Below are positions 9,174 to 18,238 of a DNA stretch of 64,000 nt, piece by piece. Location of the stretch: assembly GCA_964291415.2 (NCBI GenBank), contig OZ219918.1, positions 512,001-576,000 of the forward strand, in the 5' to 3' direction. The notes beneath the pieces are model-generated. The model made no database searches. It was given only the letters and a program-made list of their open reading frames with translations, and was not told the DNA's origin. Each line of letters starts with the position of its first letter. The stretch's first letter is position 1. The position numbers and the translations under genes were made by a program. This DNA comes from Alphaproteobacteria bacterium (GTDB taxonomy: Bacteria; Pseudomonadota; Alphaproteobacteria; SP197).

Positions 9174-9444
9174 CGCGGCACTCTTCGGGCTCAGGGGATT
9201 CAGTCATGGCGCCTCGCGCCTGATCACGGTCATGAGCCCGTCGGGCATTGCGGCAGTGATTGCCCGCCTGACATTCGATCCTGGCGAAATCCGCGCCGAA
9301 CTCTATCCCGGCGTGCTGCCGCAGTACCACGAGAAGGTGCGTGGCGGCGTCGATCGTCTCGTCGAGCGCCATGGCATCGTGGTCCTCGATTTCCCCGACT
9401 GGACCGAGAAGAAGGCCCGGTTCGGGGCCTCCATCTACCGCTGA
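9163..9444 (+). CDS. Small hypothetical protein (93 aa)
   Basis: Overlaps the prfC stop and fills the gap to the next gene; host-like codons; no family recognised. Confidence 0.5.
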   Translation: MAPDAALFGLRGFSHGASRLITVMSPSGIAAVIARLTFDPGEIRAELYPGVLPQYHEKVRGGVDRLVERHGIVVLDFPDWTEKKARFGASIYR

Positions 9445-9465
9445 GATCGCGAAGGAGTGGCCGAC

Positions 9466-10683
9466 ATGACCGACATCCACAGGGCCGAACCGGAGACGGC
9501 AGGTCTTTCGTCCATGAGACTTGAACGCATCGGCGACTGGATGAAGCGCTATGTCGACGAGGGGAAGCTCCCCTGGGCCATGACAGCAATCGTCCGGGAA
9601 GGCGCCCTCGTCTACCGGGAAGCTGCCGGTCTTGCGGACGTGGAGGCCGGACGGGCCATTTTTCCCGATGCCATTTGCCGCGTCTACTCGATGTCCAAGC
9701 CGGTGACCGCGGTGGCCGCCCTCACGCTCTATGAGCAGGGCCTGTTCGGGCTCGAGGATCCGGTCGAAGCCTACATCCCGCAACTGGCCGGCATGTCCGT
9801 GCGGGTGGGCGAGACCCCCTACGGCATGCATCTCGAGCCCGCCAGCCGGCCGATCGCCATACGTGATCTGTTCTGTCACACCTCCGGGTTCACCTACAGT
9901 TTCAACGGCAGCGACGGCCTGGCGAAACTCTATCGGGAAAACCGGGTCGACTTCGGGCCCCGGTCCGGGACGCTCGGTGAGGTCGTCACCCGCCTCGGCG
10001 ATCTGCCGCTCGATCATCACCCGGGAGCACGGTGGACCTACGGCGTCTCAATCGATGTCCTCGGCCATCTCGTGGAGGTCGTCTCGGGCAGGCCGTTTGA
10101 TCGCTACCTTGCCGAGGAAATCTTCGAGCCTCTGGGCATGACCGACACCTTCTTCGAACTGCCGACGGATCGTGTCGACCGCTTCGTGCCATGCTACGAG
10201 CGGACTTCCGACAACCGCTTCCGGCGTGTCGACGGTACGGCGGACAGCCGCTTTGCATCTGCGGTCACCTGCTATTCGGGAGGCGGCGGCCTGCTCTCCA
10301 CCATGAACGACTACCTCAGGTTCGCCGACATGCTCCGGGAGGGAGGGCGCGGCGTGCTGGGGCGGCGCACCGTCGAGTTCATGGCGACGAATCATCTCCC
10401 CGACGACAGCGACCTTGCGGCCATGGGGCAGGAGGTCTTTGCCGAAACGAGCTACGTTGGTGTCGGATTCGGACTGGGTGTGTCGGTGATGCTCGATCCG
10501 GCTGCCGCAGGAGTCATGGCCTCGCCGGGCGAATTCGCCTGGGGAGGCATGGCGTCCACCGCATTCTGGGTTGACCCGCTCGAGGACATGGCCGTGGTGT
10601 TCATGACCCAGCTCATCCCGTCTGGATGCTATCCCGTACGCAAGCAGCTCAGGGTCCTGGTCAATCAGGCGCTGACAGCGTGA
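9466..10683 (+). CDS. Serine hydrolase, beta-lactamase family (EstB-like esterase/amidase)
   Basis: YSMSKP (SxxK), DLFCHTSG, PLGMTDT, GGGGLLST, WGGMAST; AAGGAG RBS. Confidence 0.9.
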   Translation: MTDIHRAEPETAGLSSMRLERIGDWMKRYVDEGKLPWAMTAIVREGALVYREAAGLADVEAGRAIFPDAICRVYSMSKPVTAVAALTLYEQGLFGLEDPVEAYIPQLAGMSVRVGETPYGMHLEPASRPIAIRDLFCHTSGFTYSFNGSDGLAKLYRENRVDFGPRSGTLGEVVTRLGDLPLDHHPGARWTYGVSIDVLGHLVEVVSGRPFDRYLAEEIFEPLGMTDTFFELPTDRVDRFVPCYERTSDNRFRRVDGTADSRFASAVTCYSGGGGLLSTMNDYLRFADMLREGGRGVLGRRTVEFMATNHLPDDSDLAAMGQEVFAETSYVGVGFGLGVSVMLDPAAAGVMASPGEFAWGGMASTAFWVDPLEDMAVVFMTQLIPSGCYPVRKQLRVLVNQALTA

Positions 10684-10726
10684 CAGCCGGGTTGACACGA
10701 TCGCGACGTCATCGGAGAACCGCCTC

Positions 10727-11893
10727 ATGACCGGAAGAGCCTACTTCCCTTCGGCACGGGATTTCAGCCCGCGGGCACTCGAGAGCGTGACCCTCGATTA
10801 TGGAGAGGCAAGGCCGCTTCCGGCCGAGGCCTACGTGTCGCAGTCGTGGTTCGAGAGCGAGAGGGCCCGCCTGTGGTCGCGGACCTGGGCGTGCCTTGTG
10901 GCCGCGTCCTATGTGCCCGAGCCCGGCGATGTCATGCCGCTGGATCTCGTCGGGATTCCGCTCTTCGTGGTGCGCGGCCATGACCGCGAGGTTCGTGTCT
11001 TCCACAACGTCTGCCCGCACCGGGGCATGCGGCTCGTCGGCAAATCCGGCAAGGCGGGCGTGGTGCTCACCTGCCCCTACCACAACTGGACCTTCGGTCT
11101 CGAGGGCAGCCTGCGTCTCACACCCCACATCGGCGGACCGGGTCGGCACGAATGCGAAGGGTTCGACCGGCAGCGATTTCGCCTCAACGAGGTGCGGAGC
11201 GCGGTGTGGTTCGACCAGGTCTTCGTCAACCTCTCCGGCGATGCCGCCGACTTTGCGGACTTCATCCGCCCGCTCGCTGACCGCTGGTCCTGCTTCGACG
11301 AATCGCTTCTCTGTCACGGGGGCGAAGATTCGATCGTGACCTTCGATCTCGAGGCCAACTGGAAACTGGCCATCGAGAATTTCTGCGAGGCCTACCATCT
11401 GCCGATGGTGCACCCCGGACTCAGTTCCTATTCACGCCTCGAGGATCATCTCAACATCGAGGAGGAGACCTTCTCGGGGCAGGTGAGCCTCGTGTACCAG
11501 CCCGACCGCAAAGGTCATCAGTTGTCGCGCTTTCCGGGTCTGCCGGATCCATGGCAGACCCGCGCCGAGTACGTGGCGCTCTATCCCAATGTCATGCTCG
11601 GCATTCACTACGACCACTTCTGGGCGGTCCGCGTCCTGCCCGACGGCCCGGGGCGCTGCCGCGAGGTCTTCGACATCTACTACGTCGGCACGGATGCCGC
11701 CGGCCCCGGTCACGCCGACCTGAGAGCGACGGTGCGCGAGACCTGGCGCGAGGTGTTCCTGGAAGACGTGGGTGCTGTCCAGGGCATGCAGGAAGGGCGC
11801 GCCTCGCCCGGATTTGCAGGCGGTGTCTTCACGCCTGTCCTGGAAGGAGCCTCGCACTGCTTCCACCGCTGGGTCGCACGCTCCATGCTGTAA
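10727..11893 (+). CDS. Rieske non-heme iron oxygenase alpha subunit (choline monooxygenase-like)
   Basis: NVCPHRG...CPYHNW Rieske motif; NWK...ENFCEAYHLPMVH; EDVGAV.GMQ.G. Confidence 0.9.
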   Translation: MTGRAYFPSARDFSPRALESVTLDYGEARPLPAEAYVSQSWFESERARLWSRTWACLVAASYVPEPGDVMPLDLVGIPLFVVRGHDREVRVFHNVCPHRGMRLVGKSGKAGVVLTCPYHNWTFGLEGSLRLTPHIGGPGRHECEGFDRQRFRLNEVRSAVWFDQVFVNLSGDAADFADFIRPLADRWSCFDESLLCHGGEDSIVTFDLEANWKLAIENFCEAYHLPMVHPGLSSYSRLEDHLNIEEETFSGQVSLVYQPDRKGHQLSRFPGLPDPWQTRAEYVALYPNVMLGIHYDHFWAVRVLPDGPGRCREVFDIYYVGTDAAGPGHADLRATVRETWREVFLEDVGAVQGMQEGRASPGFAGGVFTPVLEGASHCFHRWVARSML

Positions 11894-12035
11894 GGAGACC
11901 GCGCCGCTCACCGGTGCGAGGGAAGGGAGCGCGGCGCTCCTTGCCGTTTGATCGAACGCGGCACGGCAAATGACGGCCATGTTTGCTTGCCGACCTTCCG
12001 GAAATTGTATTCAATCGAATCGTCAGAAGGTTTCG

Positions 12036-12056
12036 CCATCGACGTCAAGTCGATGG
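12036..12056. promoter_or_regulatory. Perfect 8-bp inverted repeat upstream of the Urt-like operon (operator or 5' UTR hairpin)
   Basis: CCATCGAC-gtcaa-GTCGATGG, shortly before the GAGGAGG RBS. Confidence 0.35.
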
Positions 12057-12082
12057 GCCCCTGATTCAAACGAGGAGGAACA

Positions 12083-13597
12083 ATGAGCAAGCATGACAGT
12101 CAAACTGATGTCTCGCAGGATGCGACGACACCAACGACGGATGACGCCGGGTTCGGCATAGGCCGGCGGAGCTTCCTTGCGGGAAGCGCTGCAGCCGTGT
12201 CGGCGGCAACGGTGTTGCCCAACCTCAAGAAAGCGAAGGCGCAGGACGGCAGTCCCGTCAAGATCGGTTTCATCGAGGACGAATCAGGCAACCTGTCCGT
12301 CTATGGCATTCAGAAACTGCACGCCGCGCAACTTGCCGTGAAGGAAATCAACGAAGGCAAGACCCTCAAGGGCGGCGCCAACATCGGTACCGGCGGTTAT
12401 GGACCAATGGCGTCCTATGCAGCCAACGCGCCGACCATCAGCAAGGAGGGCGTGGCGCTCGATCTCGTCGATGCCGGTGGTGCGATGGGCGATGAAGCGA
12501 CAGTCTTCGTCGAGGACGATGATGTCTTCGTCGACTCGGGTGATCAGGGCATTCTCGGCCGCGAGGTTGACCTGGTGTCGGTTGATGGCCAGAGCAACAA
12601 TGCGCTGTGGCAGCAGCTGACCCGCCGGCTGATCCAGGAAGATGAGGTCGATGTCCTCGTTGCCGGTTTCGCCAGCGCCGAGCGCGAGGCGATCAGGCCG
12701 ATCGTCGACCAGTTCAACCAGCTCTACTTCTACACCAACCAGTACGAGGGCGGTGTGGCCGACGCCAACACGTTCTGCACCGGGCCGGTCTGCGAGCAGC
12801 AGGTCATTCCCGTCGTGCAGTACATGGTCGAGAAGTTCGGACCACGCTGTTACACGATCGCGGCGGACTACAACTTCGGCCAGCTCACCGCAGCCTGGAC
12901 CAAGGCCTTCGCTCCGCTTGTTGGTGGCGAGATCATCGGTGAGGAATTCATACCGCTGTCGGTGTCCGAATTCAGCCAGGTGATCGCCCGCATCCAGCAG
13001 GCCAAGCCGGACTGGGTCATGACCCTCCTGGTGGGTCAGAACCATCATAACTACTATCCGCAGGCAGCGGCCGCCGGACTGAGCTATCCGATGGCATCGA
13101 CGGTCAACATGGCGCAGGGCTATGAACACAAGCGGTTCCCTCCGCCATCCCTGAACCAGATGCACAACGCCATCCAGTATCAGCTCGAGGTGCCGACCGC
13201 CCGTAACCGAGCCTTCGTCAAGCGGTGGATGGATATGTTCCCGGAGGACGAGTACATCGGCGAAATGGCGCAGAACACCTACTTCACGGTGCACATGTAC
13301 GCCCAGGCAGCCCGTCTTGCCGGGACCACGGACCAGGAGACGGTCAAGAGGGCGCTGGAACTGGGATGGGCCATTGAGGCGCCGGAAGGTGCGGTCTTCC
13401 TCGAACCGGGGACCCATCACTGTGCCCATTACATCCGCCTGGCGGTGTGTGACGAGAATCACGATGTCTTCTTCGTGCGCGAATGGCCGATGATCCAGGC
13501 ATGGTGGCTCCAGCGCCTTGGCGTGAACCTCGTGCGCAATCCGGAGTACAAGCAGTACGTTCCCGACGAAGATCCCTTCTTCTCGATGTTCGGATGA
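12083..13597 (+). CDS. ABC transporter substrate-binding protein, UrtA/FmdD/AmiC-like (urea or short amides), Tat-exported
   Basis: RRSFL Tat motif; SAEREAIRP, YFYTNQYEGG, AADYNFGQ. Confidence 0.88.
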   Translation: MSKHDSQTDVSQDATTPTTDDAGFGIGRRSFLAGSAAAVSAATVLPNLKKAKAQDGSPVKIGFIEDESGNLSVYGIQKLHAAQLAVKEINEGKTLKGGANIGTGGYGPMASYAANAPTISKEGVALDLVDAGGAMGDEATVFVEDDDVFVDSGDQGILGREVDLVSVDGQSNNALWQQLTRRLIQEDEVDVLVAGFASAEREAIRPIVDQFNQLYFYTNQYEGGVADANTFCTGPVCEQQVIPVVQYMVEKFGPRCYTIAADYNFGQLTAAWTKAFAPLVGGEIIGEEFIPLSVSEFSQVIARIQQAKPDWVMTLLVGQNHHNYYPQAAAAGLSYPMASTVNMAQGYEHKRFPPPSLNQMHNAIQYQLEVPTARNRAFVKRWMDMFPEDEYIGEMAQNTYFTVHMYAQAARLAGTTDQETVKRALELGWAIEAPEGAVFLEPGTHHCAHYIRLAVCDENHDVFFVREWPMIQAWWLQRLGVNLVRNPEYKQYVPDEDPFFSMFG

Positions 13598-13607
13598 TCT
13601 GTTCAGT

Positions 13608-13650
13608 CAGGTTCCGCCAGGCGACCCCCGGGTCCGCCTGGCGGAACCTG
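13608..13650 (+). repeat. 16-bp perfect inverted repeat after the binding-protein gene (mRNA stabiliser or attenuator)
   Basis: CAGGTTCCGCCAGGCG (13608-13623) pairs with CGCCTGGCGGAACCTG (13635-13650). Confidence 0.75.
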
Positions 13651-13670
13651 TTCCTGTCTTTGTCACCTGA

Positions 13671-14576
13671 GTGAGCATGGCGGTGGAGGAATTCAGCCTC
13701 GTCATCAGTGTTGCCTATCAGTTCGGGACCAATGCGGCATTCCTGTTGCTGTGCGCGCTCGGACTGATCGTCATTCTGGGCATGATGAACATCATCAACC
13801 TCGCCCATGGCGAGTTGATGATGATGGGTGCCTACACGGCGTCGCTCAGCTACCAGGCGGGCCTTCCGTTTCCGCTGTGCGTCGCCGTGTCCTTTCTGGT
13901 CGTCGGTTTCGTGGGCGCCGTGTTCGAACGCCTGGTCGTGCGGCGATTCTATGGTCGGGAACTCAGCGCCCTGGTTGTGACCTGGGGCATCAGCCTGCTG
14001 TTGAGCCAGGGCACTTTGATGGTGTTCGGCCCCTTTCTTCCCTCCATCCCCATCCCGGGCGGATTCCTCGAAGTCGGCGCCTACTCCCTGTCGGTGTACT
14101 GGCTGATCCTCATCGCGGTATCCATTGCTGTCGTTGTGGCGCTCGCCTGGCTCTACAACCGCACCACCTTCGGCCTTCATGCACGCGCCACCATGCAGGA
14201 TGCCGCCATGGCCAGGGCACTGGGTGTCAACACCGGGCGCATCTACATGCTGACATTCAGTCTTGGCGCCGGACTTGCGGGTTTCAGCGGCGCGTTGCTC
14301 GCTCCCACGGCATCGATCATGCCGTTCATGGGCCAGCAGTTCGTGGCGCCCGCCTTCATCACCGTCGTGGTTGGTGGTGCGGCCAACGTGATTGCCGGCG
14401 CCGTAGGGAGCAGTGTTCTCCTGTCCCTGGTCCGCACTCCGGTCGGATTCTATCTCGGCGCGTTTCTCGGACTCGTCGCCCTTCTGCTGGCGGCGCTCAT
14501 CATCATCCGGCTGATGCCCAACGGGGTGTCCGCTGCCCTGCAACGCTGGTCTGACCGGCGTGCCCAGTCACACTGA
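13671..14576 (+). CDS. ABC transporter permease, UrtB/LivH-like
   Basis: GMMNIINLAHGELMMMGAY motif; multiple TM segments; start may be ATG 13677. Confidence 0.9.
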   Translation: MSMAVEEFSLVISVAYQFGTNAAFLLLCALGLIVILGMMNIINLAHGELMMMGAYTASLSYQAGLPFPLCVAVSFLVVGFVGAVFERLVVRRFYGRELSALVVTWGISLLLSQGTLMVFGPFLPSIPIPGGFLEVGAYSLSVYWLILIAVSIAVVVALAWLYNRTTFGLHARATMQDAAMARALGVNTGRIYMLTFSLGAGLAGFSGALLAPTASIMPFMGQQFVAPAFITVVVGGAANVIAGAVGSSVLLSLVRTPVGFYLGAFLGLVALLLAALIIIRLMPNGVSAALQRWSDRRAQSH

Positions 14577-14588
14577 ACGGTTCCGGCG

Positions 14589-15626
14589 ATGAAGCATCTT
14601 GCCCTGCTGACCGGACCCGAGGACATCGGGCAGTCGCGACTGTTCTGGGCGGTCTTCGTGCTCCTTGTCGTCAACTTTCTTGCCGGTCCGTTGTGGATGA
14701 GCGAATTCGAGGCGTCCAACGTCTCCTACTATCTGCTCAATCTTCCCATGGCGCTGGGTCTGTGCCTGCTGTGGGGATACTGCGGCGTCCTGAGTTTCGG
14801 CCAGGTCGCGTACTTCGGTATCGCCGGCTATCTCTACGGCATTATCGCCGGAAACATGCGAGGCGATCCCTGGGGGCCCCTGCTCGGCGAGGTTGGCGGC
14901 CTGGTGGCCTGTGCCGTGGTCTCGGCCATTTTCGGGTACTTCATGTTCTATGCCCGGGTCCAGCGGTGGATCGTTCCCATTTTGACTCTGGTGCTGGCCC
15001 TTCTTCTCGAGACCTTTCTCGGCCAGACGGCGGGCTATCAATGGCGCGTGGGAAGTGTGCAGCTTGGCGGCTACAACGGCATGACAGGCATTCCCTGGTT
15101 CCAGCTGGGTGACCTGACATTCTTTGGCTACTCCTTCTATTACTACGTCGTGCTGGTGGTGCTTGTGAGCTACCTGGGTTGTCGGGCGCTGGTCAATTCG
15201 CATCACGGCAAGGTCATGCTCGCCATGCGCGAGGACCCGTTGCGAACCGAACTCCTGGGCTACGACATACGGGCGCGCCAACTCGTGGTCTTTGTCATTG
15301 CCGGCGTACTCGCCGGGCTGTCGGGCCTCCTCTATGTCCAGTGGGGAAACTACATCACACCTTCCCAGGTCGGACTGGTGCAGGCGGCGCTGCCGGTGAT
15401 CTGGGTTGCGGTGGGAGGACGAAGCAAACTGCTGGCAGTCGCCATTTCGGCCTATGCCCTCAACTGGATTACGTATTCGCTGTCGTCGGCCGGGAACCAG
15501 TACGCCCTGGTGATCATCGGGGGATTGCTGGTGGCTGTGATGCTCTTTTTCCCTGACGGAATCATTGTCACCCTGGCCCGCAACATGAACCGCCAGGCCC
15601 TCGCCCGCCTTTTCCGGAGGGGCTGA
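14589..15626 (+). CDS. ABC transporter permease, UrtC/LivM-like
   Basis: LWGYCGVLSFGQ..YFG, AMRED..R..LLGYD, WVAVGGR. Confidence 0.9.
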   Translation: MKHLALLTGPEDIGQSRLFWAVFVLLVVNFLAGPLWMSEFEASNVSYYLLNLPMALGLCLLWGYCGVLSFGQVAYFGIAGYLYGIIAGNMRGDPWGPLLGEVGGLVACAVVSAIFGYFMFYARVQRWIVPILTLVLALLLETFLGQTAGYQWRVGSVQLGGYNGMTGIPWFQLGDLTFFGYSFYYYVVLVVLVSYLGCRALVNSHHGKVMLAMREDPLRTELLGYDIRARQLVVFVIAGVLAGLSGLLYVQWGNYITPSQVGLVQAALPVIWVAVGGRSKLLAVAISAYALNWITYSLSSAGNQYALVIIGGLLVAVMLFFPDGIIVTLARNMNRQALARLFRRG

Positions 15627-15630
15627 AGCC

Positions 15631-16356
15631 GTGACCATGCACTCCATCGTCCGCACCTCGGCCCTCGAAAAGAGGTTTGGCGGCATCGTCGCCACGCAAA
15701 ACGTCGAACTCGACATTCCCGAAGGGGAGTTGCGCTGCATCATCGGACCCAATGGCGCCGGGAAATCGACCCTGTTCGCATTGCTGTGCGGTATTCATGC
15801 TCCGGATTCCGGGCATATCTTCCTGAAGGATCGCGACATCACGGCGCTTCCGAGCTTCCGCCGGGTACGGCTCGGGCTGGGTCTGACCTTCCAGACCAAT
15901 CGCGCCTTCCACGATCTCACGGTAAGGCAGAATCTCGAGGCGCCGTTCAGGCTTCCCCAGGGCGGTCGCTCGTCCACATCCGAGAAACGCTACCAGTATG
16001 CGTTGTCGACCTTCGGCCTTGATACGACAAGCGATGTTCCGGCCCGTGAACTGCCGCACCATCGACTGCAGTGGCTCGAGATCGCGATGGTGCTGGCCGG
16101 CGGACCCGACGTCCTCCTTCTCGATGAGCCTACGGCCGGACTGTCGCCTGAGGAGACACTGCAGACGGCCAGGGTTCTGCGTCATCTCAACGATGATGGG
16201 CTGACAATCATCGTGGTGGAACACGACATCGCATTCGTCAGGGAGGTGGCCGAGCGTGTGACGGTGCTGCACCAGGGCGCCATCTTTGCAGAGGGCACCG
16301 TCGCGGACATCACGGCGCATGATGACGTGCGGCGCATCTATCTCGGACAGGCATGA
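15631..16356 (+). CDS. ABC transporter ATP-binding protein, UrtD/LivG-like
   Basis: GPNGAGKST, QWLEIAM, LLLDEPTAG, VEHD. Confidence 0.92.
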   Translation: MTMHSIVRTSALEKRFGGIVATQNVELDIPEGELRCIIGPNGAGKSTLFALLCGIHAPDSGHIFLKDRDITALPSFRRVRLGLGLTFQTNRAFHDLTVRQNLEAPFRLPQGGRSSTSEKRYQYALSTFGLDTTSDVPARELPHHRLQWLEIAMVLAGGPDVLLLDEPTAGLSPEETLQTARVLRHLNDDGLTIIVVEHDIAFVREVAERVTVLHQGAIFAEGTVADITAHDDVRRIYLGQA

Positions 16357-17066
16357 TGGGAACGGAGCTTCTCACGGCAACGGGGCTTCGATCGGGCTAC
16401 TCGATCGGCGATGTGCTCCAGGGATTTGACCTCAGCATCGACCGGGGCGAAGTCGTGAGCGTGCTTGGCCGCAACGGGGTTGGCAAGACAACCCTGATGA
16501 AGACGCTGATCGGTCTGTTGCCAACGCGGGCAGGAAACATCCGCTACCAGGGAGAGGATATCTCGGCACTGCCTGCCGACCGTCGGGCGCGCCGGGGGAT
16601 CGGCTATGTGCCGCAGGGGCGGGGAATATTCCCGCAGATGACAGTGCGCGACAATCTTAGCATGGGCGGCTTCATCAACCGCGACCAGCAAACGCCCGAT
16701 CCTGAAGTGGCGTTCTCGTTCTTTCCGTTCCTTCGCGACCGGCAACGCCAGCGCGGCGGCACGCTGAGCGGCGGGCAGCAGGCCATGCTCGCCATTGCGC
16801 GTGCGCTCATCAACGCGCCCGATCTGTTGCTGCTCGATGAACCCAGTGACGGCGTCCAGCCCAGCATCGTTCAGGACATCGGCGCCTTCGTCCGCGAACT
16901 CAACCAGTCCAGGCAACTGACCGTGCTCATCGTCGAACAGAACATCGACCTGATCCAGACCGTGGCGCAGCGCGCCTATGTTCTGGACAAGGGCAGGGTG
17001 GTGGCTGATCTTGACCGCGAGCGCCTTATGGACACGGAACATGTGGCCACCTACCTCGCGGTCTGA
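16353..17066 (+). CDS. ABC transporter ATP-binding protein, UrtE/LivF-like
   Basis: GRNGVGKTT, YVPQGRGIFP, LSGGQQ, DEPSDGVQPSIV. Confidence 0.92.
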   Translation: MMGTELLTATGLRSGYSIGDVLQGFDLSIDRGEVVSVLGRNGVGKTTLMKTLIGLLPTRAGNIRYQGEDISALPADRRARRGIGYVPQGRGIFPQMTVRDNLSMGGFINRDQQTPDPEVAFSFFPFLRDRQRQRGGTLSGGQQAMLAIARALINAPDLLLLDEPSDGVQPSIVQDIGAFVRELNQSRQLTVLIVEQNIDLIQTVAQRAYVLDKGRVVADLDRERLMDTEHVATYLAV

Positions 17067-17130
17067 CGGCGACATGTCCCTGGCTTGCCTGACGGAATGG
17101 CCCATGAACTGACAAGGGGGAACGACGGCT

Positions 17131-18147
17131 ATGGAAATGATCATGCGATCCTACCCGAACGACTGGGTAACGGAATCCATCATGTACCGGCGCGGCGTCG
17201 GTTACGGATCAACGGGTGTCACCCACCATCTCACGGAAGAGATCCAGGGTGTCTATCACTACACGATCGGCCCCTATTCCGAACCGGTTCTCCACATCAA
17301 TCCGGGTGACAGGGTCATCGTCGAGACGCGCGATGCCTTCGAAGGCAAGATCAGGAGCGAATCCGATGTTCCCTCGGAGATCCTGGAGATGCCCTGGCTC
17401 AATCCCCAGTGCGGCCCGATCATGGTCGAGGGAGCGGAAAAGGGTGATGTCCTGTGTGTCCATATCGAGAGCATGGCGCCACGGGGACCGAACCCCCGCG
17501 GCACCTGTTGCATGATCAAGGAGTTCGGCGCCCTGACCGGCACGACCCTGACGGCGACGCTCAATGAACCGCTTCCCGAGATCGTCCGCAAGGTCAACCT
17601 CGATGAGGAGAATGTCTATTGGAGCGACAGGGTGACGCTCCCCTACAAGCCCCATATTGGCACGCTCAGCTGCTCGCCCGAGATCGATTCGATCAATTCA
17701 CTGACGCCCGACGCCCATGGCGGCAACATGGATCTCCCCGACATGGGGCCGGGTACGATCACCTACCTGCCGATCCGCACCAAGGGTGGCCGTCTCTTCA
17801 TCGGTGATGCCCATGCCTGCCAGGGTGATGGCGAGGTGTGCGGTGTTGCCGTCGAGTACCCGACCACCACCACCATAACGGTCGACCTGATCAAGAACTG
17901 GCCGATCGAGTGGCCGCGCCTGGAGGCCGACGACTTCATCATGGGAATCGGCAGCACGCGTCCTCTCGAGGACAGCGCACGCATCGCCTACCGTGAACTG
18001 ATCCGGTGGATGGCGGCGGACTACGGGTTCGACCAGTGGGACGCCTACATGATGCTCAGCCAGTGCGGCAAGGTGCGCCTGGGCAACTTCGTGGATCCCA
18101 AGTACACGATCGGCGCCGCCGTTCCCAAGAAGTACATCCTGGACTGA
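17131..18147 (+). CDS. Acetamidase/formamidase (FmdA_AmdA) family amidase
   Basis: NPQCGPI.VEGA..GD, HGGNMD, GDAHACQGDGEVCG.AVE, DAY..LS. Confidence 0.93.
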   Translation: MEMIMRSYPNDWVTESIMYRRGVGYGSTGVTHHLTEEIQGVYHYTIGPYSEPVLHINPGDRVIVETRDAFEGKIRSESDVPSEILEMPWLNPQCGPIMVEGAEKGDVLCVHIESMAPRGPNPRGTCCMIKEFGALTGTTLTATLNEPLPEIVRKVNLDEENVYWSDRVTLPYKPHIGTLSCSPEIDSINSLTPDAHGGNMDLPDMGPGTITYLPIRTKGGRLFIGDAHACQGDGEVCGVAVEYPTTTTITVDLIKNWPIEWPRLEADDFIMGIGSTRPLEDSARIAYRELIRWMAADYGFDQWDAYMMLSQCGKVRLGNFVDPKYTIGAAVPKKYILD

Positions 18148-18238
18148 AGCAGCGGGCGCCAACCGGACAGTCCGGGCGCGTTGATTCGGGGCAGGGTGGC
18201 GCATAGGGTTCCCGGCACCGGGACATCGGAGGTTCGTC

